32,000 bases of DNA. Source: Nitratidesulfovibrio vulgaris str. Hildenborough. GTDB taxonomy: Bacteria; Desulfobacterota; Desulfovibrionia; Desulfovibrionales; Desulfovibrionaceae. A model generated the notes under the pieces. The model was not told the origin of the DNA. It saw nothing but the letters and a program-made list of their open reading frames with translations, and ran no database searches. Shown piece by piece: positions 9,342-17,491 of this stretch; position 1 is the first letter of the stretch; every line of letters begins with the position of its first letter. The stretch lies in the NCBI RefSeq assembly GCF_000195755.1, contig NC_002937.3, positions 2,430,001-2,462,000 of the forward strand. Reading direction: 5' to 3'. The position numbers were made by a program, and so were the translations under genes.

Positions 9342-9676
9342 ATGGTCACTTCCGTGGGCTTGGTCGATGCGGTGGCGGCGCGCAAGGGGCCGCGCTCCGA
9401 ACCGGGGGTATGCTTCCCCCGACGCAGGAGATGGCGTCGCAAGAAGCACGGGTGCACACGTATCGAGGCACTCGACCCTTGCCGCCATCGCCGGGAGTCA
9501 GGAGCATCTGACGTTTTTTCGTAATGACAACCAAGCTGTAGCGGAGCCTGCGACGCCGTGTCAATAGCGCGTTGTGACAAAAAAGTAATTCAAGGCCGAT
9601 CAATCGCATTTCAGCCGAAATATGCACCATGGCCGAAGCTGTCACACAACAACCCGGTTTACCATGTGAAAACGAC

Positions 9677-9721
9677 AAAAATACGAAGGTCGGAAGCAGC
9701 GGCTCGCTCGCTTCCGACCTT
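9677..9721 (-). terminator. Rho-independent terminator of the small ORF 9751..10071
   Basis: 12-bp stem: AAGGTCGGAAGC (9686-9697) pairs with GCTTCCGACCTT (9710-9721). On the minus strand it is followed by CG-TATTTTTG. It lies 30 nt after the stop codon. Confidence 0.6.
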
Positions 9722-9750
9722 GACTGATTTTACAAACAAGACAATTCGCC

Positions 9751-10071
9751 TCACACGCTCATATCGAGAAAGGTACCTTTCCCCGTCCACGGCATGAGCA
9801 CGCTCTTGTTGAAATTGTAGTCCTCCGCCATGGCGGCGGATGAACCTGAACCCGCGAGAACAGGGCCGTTCAGGCGGTCAAGGGTCGATGTCACCACCAT
9901 CGCCCCCATGGTCTGCCTGTCCATGGGCATCGAGTCCGGGGAAGCGGCGACCGCAGACATGCCACCTGCACCGCCGGCACCCTTGCCGGAAGCGAGAGGC
10001 ATCCATGAAGACTGCTGGTTACCGGCAACCGCCGCACTCCATCCTCCTCCCGAAGAGATAGCATCGAGCAT
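9751..10071 (-). CDS. Small (106 aa) Gly/Ala/Ser-rich hypothetical protein; tentative YjfB-like (putative motility protein) C-terminal pattern
   Basis: Strong SD (AAGGGAGGGGGCT-ATG) and its own terminator, flanked by ~260 and ~460 bp of non-coding DNA with lower G+C. The protein is low-complexity (GGGWSAAVAG, GKGAGGAGG, AGSGSSAA) and ends in GKGTFLDMSV. The family call is from memory only. Confidence 0.55.
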   Translation of the reverse strand: MLDAISSGGGWSAAVAGNQQSSWMPLASGKGAGGAGGMSAVAASPDSMPMDRQTMGAMVVTSTLDRLNGPVLAGSGSSAAMAEDYNFNKSVLMPWTGKGTFLDMSV

Positions 10072-10393
10072 AGCCCCCTCCCTTTTGCAATTTTGAAAAC
10101 ACGCATGACGCCCTATACGGGACTGTTCCGATTGTACGACGGGGGCACCCCTGCGGACATTATTTTCACTGACGCCCGCCCGCCTTCATCGCGCCCGCTA
10201 GGGGATGATACCGCTGCACCTGAATGCTTCTGGGTGCTTCTGCGGAAGGCGTTGGCAGATGGAGGCGGCATATCGCGCCGACCATCGGTGTCGGTGATGG
10301 CTTCGGGCAGATTCGGCCAGATCTGGAAGGTTGCGGAAGGATGGGTATAGGCCAACGACGGTGGTATAGGTATGAGAGGTAACCCAGTCCATG

Positions 10394-10446
10394 AAAAAGG
10401 CACTCGCCCACGGCGGGAGTGAATCCCGCCGTGGGCGAGTGCCTTT
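10394..10446 (-). terminator. Very long perfect hairpin (23-bp stem, 5-nt loop) with U-run on the minus strand; likely distal argD terminator
   Basis: AAAGGCACTCGCCCACGGCGGGA (10396-10418) pairs without mismatch with TCCCGCCGTGGGCGAGTGCCTTT (10424-10446). On the minus strand the stem runs into TTTTTCATGG. Confidence 0.55.
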
Positions 10447-10476
10447 CGCTGCCCGCCGCCCTTCAGGCGGCAGCAC

Positions 10477-10506
10477 AAACCGGGGCGACTCGCGTCGCCC
10501 CGGTTT
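10477..10506 (-). terminator. Proximal hairpin after the argD stop (13-bp stem AAACCGGGGCGAC / GTCGCCCCGGTTT)
   Basis: Begins 25 nt after the argD stop (10531). GC-rich stem with a 4-nt loop. The minus-strand 3' side ends in GGTTTGTG. The stem is symmetric, so it could act in both directions. Confidence 0.5.
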
Positions 10507-10530
10507 GACTATACCACGATATGATGTCGC

Positions 10531-11730
10531 CTAACGGCGTGCGAGGATGTCTTCGAGGGTGTCGGCAAAGGCGGTGAGGTCTGCCTCGTCGATGGTCAGG
10601 GCGGGCACGAGGCGCAATACCTTCTCCTGCGTGTTGTTGCAGACGAAGCCGCGTGCCACCAGTTCCTTCCACACCTCCTTGCCGGAGAAGGTCAGCACGA
10701 TGCCTATCATCAGGCCATAACCGCGCACTTCCTCGATGGTTCCCGGAAGCTTCGCGCCGATGGCCCGGAAACGCTCCATGGCCCTACCGCCCACGGCGGT
10801 TGCGCGTTCATCGAGACGGTCGCGCTTCATGATGTCAAGGGTGGCCGCCGCCACGGACGACACCAGAGCCCCTGCCCCGAAGGTCGTGGCATGGCTGCCC
10901 GCCACGAAGCCCTGCGCCACCTCGTCGGTGGTCATCATGGCCCCCATGGGCAGTCCATTGGCAAGGGCCTTGGCCGACGTCACGATGTCGGGTTCGACAC
11001 CATAATGCTGATGCGCCCAGAAGCGACCGGTGCGGCACAATCCGGTCTGGATTTCGTCCACCATGAGCAGCACGCCCTTCTCGCGGCAGAGGTCGGCCAC
11101 GGCACGGGCATAGTCCTGCGTCATGGGACGCACACCGCCCTCGCCCTGCACCATCTCGACCAGCACTCCCGCAGTGGCGGGGGTGATGGCGGCCCGCAAG
11201 GCGTCGATGTCGCCCCACTCCGCCTGCCTGAAGCCGGCGGGCATGGGTGCGAAACCGTCCTGAAAGCGCTCCTGCCCGGTGGCAGCCACCGTTGCCAGTG
11301 TGCGCCCGTGGAACGCGCCGGTGAGCGTGACCACTTCATGGGCGTCGACGCCACGCACGCGCTGCATGTAGCGACGTGCCAGCTTGATGGCCGCCTCGTT
11401 GGCCTCCGCGCCGGAGTTGCAGAAGAACGCCTTGGTGCAGTGCAGGGTGGAAAGGAGCTTCTCCGCAAGGTCGAGTTGCTCTTCCTGATAGAAGAGGTTG
11501 CTCACGTGCACCAGCTTGCGTGCCTGCCGCGCCATGACCTCGGCGAGTTCAGGGTGACAGTGGCCGAGACTCGTGACAGCGATACCTGAAAGCAGGTCTA
11601 TGTATTCACGCCCCTCATGGTCCCACATGCGCGAACCCTCGGCCCGCTGCACGGAGATGGGATATCTGCCATAGGTGCGGCAGAGGAGCGATTCTTCACG
11701 ATTCTTGAGTGCTTCGAACGAAGTGGTCAT
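10531..11730 (-). CDS. argD: Acetylornithine aminotransferase (class III PLP aminotransferase)
   Basis: Class-III pattern: LLSGIAVTSLGHCHP, FFCNSGAEANEAAIKLAR, LLMVDEIQTGLCRTGRFWA, DIVTSAKALANGLPMG. Start chosen at the second ATG of ..CAGGAGTCTATGATG (6-nt spacing to the SD); 11733 is equally possible. The upstream 60 codons of the track ORF are probably not translated. Confidence 0.9.
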   Translation of the reverse strand: MTTSFEALKNREESLLCRTYGRYPISVQRAEGSRMWDHEGREYIDLLSGIAVTSLGHCHPELAEVMARQARKLVHVSNLFYQEEQLDLAEKLLSTLHCTKAFFCNSGAEANEAAIKLARRYMQRVRGVDAHEVVTLTGAFHGRTLATVAATGQERFQDGFAPMPAGFRQAEWGDIDALRAAITPATAGVLVEMVQGEGGVRPMTQDYARAVADLCREKGVLLMVDEIQTGLCRTGRFWAHQHYGVEPDIVTSAKALANGLPMGAMMTTDEVAQGFVAGSHATTFGAGALVSSVAAATLDIMKRDRLDERATAVGGRAMERFRAIGAKLPGTIEEVRGYGLMIGIVLTFSGKEVWKELVARGFVCNNTQEKVLRLVPALTIDEADLTAFADTLEDILARR

Positions 11731-11934
11731 CATAGACTCCTGAACTATGAGGTTCATACGCGCCGCGCGGTCGGCACCATGGGATGCCATCCTCTCGCGT
11801 TGTGGCGCGGTCATCGGACGATGCGGAAAAGGCGACATGGCGCAGGCACGATGCACGGCGGGCAAACCCGCCATCCTGTCGTGTCCTCGGGGTCGCGTCC
11901 CTTCTGGACGGGCCACAGCCCGTCGCGGACGCGC

Positions 11935-12447
11935 CTAGATGCGGCCCGTGTGTCCGAAGCCGCCTGCACCGCGGTCTGTCTCTCCAAGGCTTGCGACCTC
12001 TTCGAGAGCCACGCGGCAGAAGGGCTGGAACACGAGCTGCGCCATGCGCTCGCCTCGTCGGAGTCGACGGGGTTCGCGCGAGGTATTGAGCAGCGAGACG
12101 ATGATCTCGCCACGATAGTCGGGGTCGATGACGCCCACGCCCTGACTGACGGTGAGCCCCATGCGCGCACCCAGGCCGCTGCGCGAATAGACGAAACCCG
12201 CCATGCCCTGCACGAGCGGTTCGACAGCCACCCCGGAAGGGACCATGAACCGTTCACCGGGAAGGAGCGTCACCTCGGCAGCGTCGAAACAGGCCCGCAG
12301 GTCGAGTCCGGCCGAACCGGGGGTGGCATAGGCGAGGCCGCTGCCGGATTCGGCGTCGGCGGTGTAGAGGGCGCGTGCGTCGCGCAGATAGAGCACCCGT
12401 ACTCCCGGCATGGAGGGGGAGAGCACATTTTGGCACGGACTTGTCAC
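11935..12447 (-). CDS. dut: Deoxyuridine 5'-triphosphate nucleotidohydrolase
   Basis: 170 aa with the dUTPase motifs ATPGSAGLDLRA, SRSGLG, GVIDPDYRGEI and the C-terminal RGAGGFGHTG. GTG start at 12447, preceded by AGGAG at 7-nt spacing. Confidence 0.9.
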   Translation of the reverse strand: MTSPCQNVLSPSMPGVRVLYLRDARALYTADAESGSGLAYATPGSAGLDLRACFDAAEVTLLPGERFMVPSGVAVEPLVQGMAGFVYSRSGLGARMGLTVSQGVGVIDPDYRGEIIVSLLNTSREPRRLRRGERMAQLVFQPFCRVALEEVASLGETDRGAGGFGHTGRI

Positions 12448-12629
12448 GGGGGTGCTCCTGTGTAAAGACTAGTTGAATCTGCGAAGCCTGCGCACGAAGA
12501 CCTGTTCCTATGCCAGACGGGGGTGCAAGTCAAAACCGCAGCGCGATTATCATTGCCCGCCGTCTGACGGTATCCGACAATTCCCGTAGCATCCCCTTTC
12601 CGCCATCATCGCCGACAGGAGGCGTGTCC

Positions 12630-15197
12630 ATGCAGCCACTCAAGGTGTTCAGCGTCGTCCCGAAGCTCCCCGAAGGTCTCGAAGGTCTGTGGGAACTCGC
12701 CTACAACCTCTGGTTCTCATGGAACGAGGAGATTGCGGCACTCTTCTCGCAAATCGACCAGCAACTCTGGATAGAGAGCTACCGCAACCCGGTGTGGTTT
12801 CTGAACCATGTCCCGCAGAGGGCCCTTGAGACGCTGGCACAGGACGCCCTCTACAAGTCCCGCCTGCGTGAGGCCGTGGCACGGCAGCGGCAGTATCTTT
12901 CGCGTCCCGCATACACCCTCAAGGGTGATGAAGGGGGCGAAGGCATCCGCGTCGTCTACTTCAGCCTCGAATACGGCATCTCGCTCTGCCTTCCCATCTA
13001 TTCGGGCGGACTCGGCATTCTCGCTGGCGACCACCTCAAGTCGGCCAGCGACCTCAACGTCCCCCTTGCCGCCATCGGCATCGCCTACCAGCAGGGCTAC
13101 TTCCGGCAGTACATGACGCCCGACGGCTGGCAGCAGGAACGCTACCCCAACTACGACTTCGAACAGATGCCCATGCGCCCCGCCCTCACCCCCGACGGGC
13201 AGCCCGCCGTGGTGCACCTCGACATCGGCGACCGCCCGCTCAAGGCCCGCATATGGCGCGTGGACGTGGGGCGTGTGCCACTTTACCTGCTCGACACCAA
13301 TATCGCCGAGAACCCGCCGGACTTCCGGCAAATCACCGAACGCCTGTACGGTGGCAACAACGAGATGCGCCTCTGGCAGGAGATGCTCATCGGCATCGGC
13401 GGCATCAAGGCGTTGCAGGTGCTCGGCATCTCGCCCAAGGTCATCCACATGAACGAAGGACACTCGGCCTTCGCCGGTCTTGAGCGCGTCCGCCTGTTCA
13501 TGAAGGAGCACGGACTCTCGTTCGAGGCCGCCGTCGAGGTCGCCGCCGCGGGTTCCATCTTCACCACCCACACCCCGGTGCCCGCAGGGAACGACCGTTT
13601 CGCCCCCGACCTCATGGCCCGCTATTTCGAACCGTACGCCAGCGACATGGGGCTCGCCTTCAAGGTGTTCATGGCACTGGGCCGCGAGGTGCCGCATGAC
13701 GACAGCGAACCGTTCTGCATGCCCGTGCTGGCCCTGCGCCTGTCACGGTTCAACAATGGCGTCTCCAAACTGCACGGGCGCGTGTCGCGCAACATGTGGA
13801 AGCGCGTGTGGAACCAGTTCCCCGTCGAGGATGTGCCCATAGGAGCCCTCACCAACGGTGTGCACGCCCCCACATGGGTGGCCCCGGACATCGGCCTGCT
13901 CTATGACAGGTACCTTGGCTCGAACTGGCGCGAAGACCCCGACAGCAGCCGCGCGTGGAGCCTTGTCGATACCATCTCCGATGCGGAACTCTGGCGCACC
14001 CATGAGCGGCTGCGCGCCCGCCTCGTCGACTTCGCCCGCATGAGACTGCACAGGCAGCTGGCGGCACAGGGGGCACGCAGGCAGGACATCCAGATGGCCG
14101 AAGAGGTGCTGAACCCCGAGGCCCTCACCATCGGCTTCGCGCGGCGGTTCGCCACCTACAAGCGCGCCAACCTGCTGTTGCAGGAACGTGACAGGCTCAT
14201 ACGCCTTGTCACCAGCACCGACCGTCCGGTGCAGTTCATATTCGCGGGCAAGGCCCATCCGCAGGACCAGGAAGGCAAACAACTCATGAAGGAGCTCATC
14301 GCGCTGTGCCGCAGCCGCGAATGCCGCATGAGCATGGTCTTTCTGGAAGACTACGACATGGAGGTGGCCTCGCACCTCGTCTCCGGCTGCGACATCTGGC
14401 TCAACAACCCGCGCCGCCCGCTCGAGGCCTGCGGCACCAGCGGCATGAAGGCCATGCTCAACGGCGTCATGCAGTTTTCGACACTCGATGGCTGGTGGGA
14501 CGAGGCATACAGACCCGACAACAGCCTCGGCTGGGCCATCGGCAAGGGAGAGGAATACGAAGACCCCGACTATCAGGACTTCGTCGAGGTGCAGACGCTC
14601 TACAACATCCTCGAGAACGACATCATCCCCGACTTCTACGACCGCGGGCACGGCGGCATTCCGCGCACATGGGTACGGCGCATGAAGGCTGCCCTGCGTG
14701 AACTGGCCCCGGCCTTCAACTCGCACCGCATGGTCATGGACTATGCCGGCACCGCCTATGCCCCGGCCCTGCACAACTTCAATGAACTGACGCAGCGCGA
14801 CTTCGCCCCGGCACGCGAACTCTCCGAATGGCGCATGGACATCATGACCAAGTGGAGCATGCTGCAGATACGCAACGTCCGCGCACAGCAGGCCGATACC
14901 CTGCACGTGGGCGACGCCCTCACCGTGGAAGCGGAGATACTCCTGAACGGCATCGACCCCGGGCACATCCGGGCCGAGATTTACGCCGGACATCTCAATC
15001 AGGACAACAGCTTCGCCCATCGTGAACTCAGCCCGATGCAGCACGTGGGACAGACCGACGACGGCTGGCAGGTCTTCCGGGGCACTACGGCCCCGGCCGA
15101 GGCGGGCCGCTACGGGTTCACCGTGCGTGTGTGCCCCACGCATCCCCGGCTGGCCGACCCGCACTCGCTGGGCCTCATCCGCTGGGCGGGGGTCTAG
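12630..15197 (+). CDS. glgP: Alpha-glucan phosphorylase (GT35 family, bacterial 'alpha-glucan phosphorylase' subgroup)
   Basis: 855 aa from the ATG at 12630 (ACAGGAGG SD 7 nt upstream). Motifs: YFSLEYG, GGLGILAGDHLKSASD, NEGHSAF, the PLP-lysine region EACGTSGMKAMLNGV, and the N-terminal WELAYNLWFSWN typical of this subgroup. Confidence 0.9.
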   Translation: MQPLKVFSVVPKLPEGLEGLWELAYNLWFSWNEEIAALFSQIDQQLWIESYRNPVWFLNHVPQRALETLAQDALYKSRLREAVARQRQYLSRPAYTLKGDEGGEGIRVVYFSLEYGISLCLPIYSGGLGILAGDHLKSASDLNVPLAAIGIAYQQGYFRQYMTPDGWQQERYPNYDFEQMPMRPALTPDGQPAVVHLDIGDRPLKARIWRVDVGRVPLYLLDTNIAENPPDFRQITERLYGGNNEMRLWQEMLIGIGGIKALQVLGISPKVIHMNEGHSAFAGLERVRLFMKEHGLSFEAAVEVAAAGSIFTTHTPVPAGNDRFAPDLMARYFEPYASDMGLAFKVFMALGREVPHDDSEPFCMPVLALRLSRFNNGVSKLHGRVSRNMWKRVWNQFPVEDVPIGALTNGVHAPTWVAPDIGLLYDRYLGSNWREDPDSSRAWSLVDTISDAELWRTHERLRARLVDFARMRLHRQLAAQGARRQDIQMAEEVLNPEALTIGFARRFATYKRANLLLQERDRLIRLVTSTDRPVQFIFAGKAHPQDQEGKQLMKELIALCRSRECRMSMVFLEDYDMEVASHLVSGCDIWLNNPRRPLEACGTSGMKAMLNGVMQFSTLDGWWDEAYRPDNSLGWAIGKGEEYEDPDYQDFVEVQTLYNILENDIIPDFYDRGHGGIPRTWVRRMKAALRELAPAFNSHRMVMDYAGTAYAPALHNFNELTQRDFAPARELSEWRMDIMTKWSMLQIRNVRAQQADTLHVGDALTVEAEILLNGIDPGHIRAEIYAGHLNQDNSFAHRELSPMQHVGQTDDGWQVFRGTTAPAEAGRYGFTVRVCPTHPRLADPHSLGLIRWAGV

Positions 15198-15237
15198 GGC
15201 GCGGCGACACCACGCCTCGCCCGTTCACACAAGACAC

Positions 15238-15268
15238 GAAGGCCGTCTCCGCCAAGGAGGCGGCCTTT
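15238..15268 (+). terminator. Putative terminator of the phosphorylase gene
   Basis: AAGGCCGTCTCC (15238-15249) pairs with GGAGGCGGCCTT (15255-15266), with one G.U pair. It is followed by TCC, so the U-tract is short. It lies 41 nt after the stop. Confidence 0.45.
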
Positions 15269-15445
15269 CCGCGCACGGACAGGCGCCCTGCGACACCGGA
15301 ACACACAGGCCGCCCAGAAACGATATGCTCCTCTACGCCTCCGGCAGAGGCATGACGAGACGCACCGACAGCATCCGACATAGCCCGTACATACCGACCG
15401 TGCGTCTCACTCTGACGCAACGCACTCGTACGCTACCCGCGCGCG

Positions 15446-15480
15446 CCACACTCGTGCACCACACTCGTGCACCACACTTG
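15446..15480. repeat. 13-nt tandem direct repeat CCACACTCGTGCA x2 plus a partial third copy
   Basis: Read directly: 15446-15458 and 15459-15471 are identical. 15472-15480 is CCACACTTG. A degenerate copy (CGCACTCGTACGC) sits at 15421-15433. Confidence 0.7.
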
Positions 15481-15525
15481 CCTATCGGCCCGCGATGACC
15501 TACTTCTGCGGGCCAACGACCCCAC

Positions 15526-16950
15526 GTGGAGGACAGCTTGACCACCATCACCACCGCCGCCATCATCGGTGCGGGCCTCGCAGGATGCGAGTGCGCCCTG
15601 CGCCTCGCCCGCGCGGGCGTTCGCGTCACTCTCTTCGAGATGAAGCCCGCCGCCTTCTCGCCTGCGCACTCCAACCCCGACCTCGGGGAACTTGTGTGCT
15701 CCAACTCGCTGCGTTCCGATGACATCGCCTCCGGCGTGGGGCTGCTGAAACAGGAGATGCGTGAACTCGGCAGCATCGTCATGGAAGCGGCCGACGCCAC
15801 CCGTGTTCCGGCAGGGAAGGCCCTTGCCGTCGACCGCGACCTCTTCGCGCGGCACATCACCGCCGTCATCGAGGCGGAACCCGGCATCACGCTGGAACGC
15901 CGCGAAGTGGCCTCGCTGGACGACCCTGCCCTTGCGTCCGCCGATGTGGTGGTCATCGCAGCCGGGCCTCTTGCCAGTGCGGGACTCAGCGACAGCCTCG
16001 CCGCCGTGGTCGGCGGGCAGTTGTACTTCTACGACGCCATCGCCCCCATCATCGCCGCGGAATCCATCGACCTTTCCATCGTCTTCAGCGGTTCGCGCTA
16101 CGGCGAACCCGGCGAAGAGGGCGACTACCTCAACTGCCCCATGAACCGCGACGAATACGACGCCTTCTACGAAGCGCTGCTGGCAGCCGAGAAGGTTCCC
16201 TCGCGCGATTTCGAGAAGGAGTTGCACTTCGAAGGGTGCATGCCCATCGAAGCACTGGCCGAACGCGGCCCCCGCACGCTGGTCTTCGGCCCCTTCAAGC
16301 CCGTGGGATTCACCGACCCGCGCACCGGAACCCGCCCCTACGCCATCATCCAGTTGCGTGCCGAGAACCGTAACAAGACGGCCTTCAACATCGTCGGCTG
16401 CCAGACCAAGCTCAAGTACGCCGAACAGGAACGGGTCTTCCGCATGATACCCGGTCTTGCCGGGGCCGAGTTCGTGCGCCACGGCAGCGTCCACCGCAAC
16501 ACCTACGTCAACGCCCCGCGTGTGCTGGCAGACGACCTCTCGCTACGTGCCGACAAGCGCGTCTTTCTCGCCGGGCAGATTACCGGTGTTGAGGGCTACG
16601 TCGAATCCGCAGCCTGCGGCATGTGGCTCGGAATGGTGCTGGCGGCGCGGATTCAGGGGCGCGAACTCCCCACCCCGCCGCCCCAGACGGCCCTCGGTGC
16701 CCTGCTCATGCACCTGCGCACCCCGGTGAAGAACTTCCAGCCCTCCAACGCCAACTTCGGCCTCATGCCCGAACTGGGCCTCAAGGTGAAGAAGCGCGAA
16801 CGCAAGCCGCTCTACAGCGCCCGCGCCCGTGAGCACTTCGTGCGCTGGCTTGCCGAGGCGGGTGTGACGCCCGTCATCGAACCGCTGTTGCCGACGGCGC
16901 CAGACACGACAGGCGCGGCAGGGGAAGAGACGACACAAGCCGAATCGTAA
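15526..16950 (+). CDS. trmFO: Methylenetetrahydrofolate--tRNA-(uracil-5-)-methyltransferase (Gid/TrmFO)
   Basis: 474 aa. FAD dinucleotide fold IIGAGLAGCECALRLA, LGELVCSNSLRS, AGPLAS, FFAGQITGVEGYVESAA-type segment (FLAGQITGVEGYVESAACG). GTG start. Confidence 0.9.
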   Translation: MEDSLTTITTAAIIGAGLAGCECALRLARAGVRVTLFEMKPAAFSPAHSNPDLGELVCSNSLRSDDIASGVGLLKQEMRELGSIVMEAADATRVPAGKALAVDRDLFARHITAVIEAEPGITLERREVASLDDPALASADVVVIAAGPLASAGLSDSLAAVVGGQLYFYDAIAPIIAAESIDLSIVFSGSRYGEPGEEGDYLNCPMNRDEYDAFYEALLAAEKVPSRDFEKELHFEGCMPIEALAERGPRTLVFGPFKPVGFTDPRTGTRPYAIIQLRAENRNKTAFNIVGCQTKLKYAEQERVFRMIPGLAGAEFVRHGSVHRNTYVNAPRVLADDLSLRADKRVFLAGQITGVEGYVESAACGMWLGMVLAARIQGRELPTPPPQTALGALLMHLRTPVKNFQPSNANFGLMPELGLKVKKRERKPLYSARAREHFVRWLAEAGVTPVIEPLLPTAPDTTGAAGEETTQAES

Positions 16951-17022
16951 ACCCACCGTCTTTACGCCAGTGCCTGTCTTCAGGTAGGGTCGTCTGAAGC
17001 CCCCATAGGGAGGAAGGCAGGC

Positions 17023-17391
17023 ATGGCATATGACGGAACGGACGTCCTACTGGTCGCAGCTTCGGCACTCGGTTTTCTCGCCGGCGCCTTTATCCATGGG
17101 TCCGCAGACCAGTTGATGCGACGGTACGTGCCCTACACGTTCGCACAGGAAGACACGCTCAGGTGGTCTGCCCACGAATTCGCCTTCGAAAAAAACGTGC
17201 CGCTACATATCCAGAAGAGGTATGTAGCGGCCGGTCTTTTGTGCGGGCTGGCGTCACTTGGGGCCACAACCGTCGCGTTCAGGGCGGGCAACCTCATGGG
17301 AATGGTGCTCTTCTCCCTTGCCAGCTGCGCCATCATCCACTCGTACATCCGCGACGTTCTCGCCTACAGGCGGAACAGGGAATCGCACTGA
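17023..17391 (+). CDS. Small hypothetical membrane protein (122 aa, ~3 hydrophobic segments)
   Basis: GGGAGGAAGG SD 6 nt before the ATG. Hydrophobic stretches VLLVAASALGFLAGAFI, AAGLLCGLASLGATTVAF, MGMVLFSLASCAIIH. G+C is lower than in the neighbours. No recognisable family. Confidence 0.5.
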   Translation: MAYDGTDVLLVAASALGFLAGAFIHGSADQLMRRYVPYTFAQEDTLRWSAHEFAFEKNVPLHIQKRYVAAGLLCGLASLGATTVAFRAGNLMGMVLFSLASCAIIHSYIRDVLAYRRNRESH

Positions 17392-17491
17392 ACGACGCGC
17401 CCACGTTCCGCAGACATCAGAAGGCCTGACCGACTCCAGCCATACAGGGCAGCGTCTTGAATGACCTGACAGGATTAGAAGAGCACACGCC

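Noticed and set aside
9497-9519. GTCAG-GAGCAT-CTGAC followed by GTTTTTT on the plus strand (terminator-like).
   Set aside because: The stem is only 5 bp, and it has no plus-strand gene upstream to terminate. It lies in the promoter/5' region of the minus-strand ABC operon.
10093-10350. 85-aa plus-strand ORF in the argD/small-gene spacer.
   Set aside because: TTG start with no SD (the internal ATG at 10105 is preceded by TTGAAAACACGC). The sequence looks compositionally random, and it overlaps the likely promoter of the minus-strand small gene.
12431-12445. TGGCACG (perfect -24 half) on the plus strand ~185 nt upstream of the phosphorylase start.
   Set aside because: The position 10 nt after GG holds TC, not GC (TGGCAC-GGACT-TGTC). 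The TTGT alternative has wrong spacing. The site also lies inside the dut coding sequence.
12717-15164. Long antisense ORFs opposite recognised genes. Examples: 12717..13697 and 13743..15164 opposite the phosphorylase, 475..1566, 1845..3224, 3353..4105, 5392..6264, 8250..9230, 15433..16494, 17507..18292, 19838..20869, 21277..22080, 23829..24737, 24994..25626, 26575..27882, 28391..29167, 30098..30937.
   Set aside because: Their translations are Arg/Gly/His/Val-rich and carry no family motifs. Each lies opposite a gene with clear conserved motifs, an SD and sensible boundaries. Open antisense frames are the expected artefact of high G+C and strong GC3 bias.
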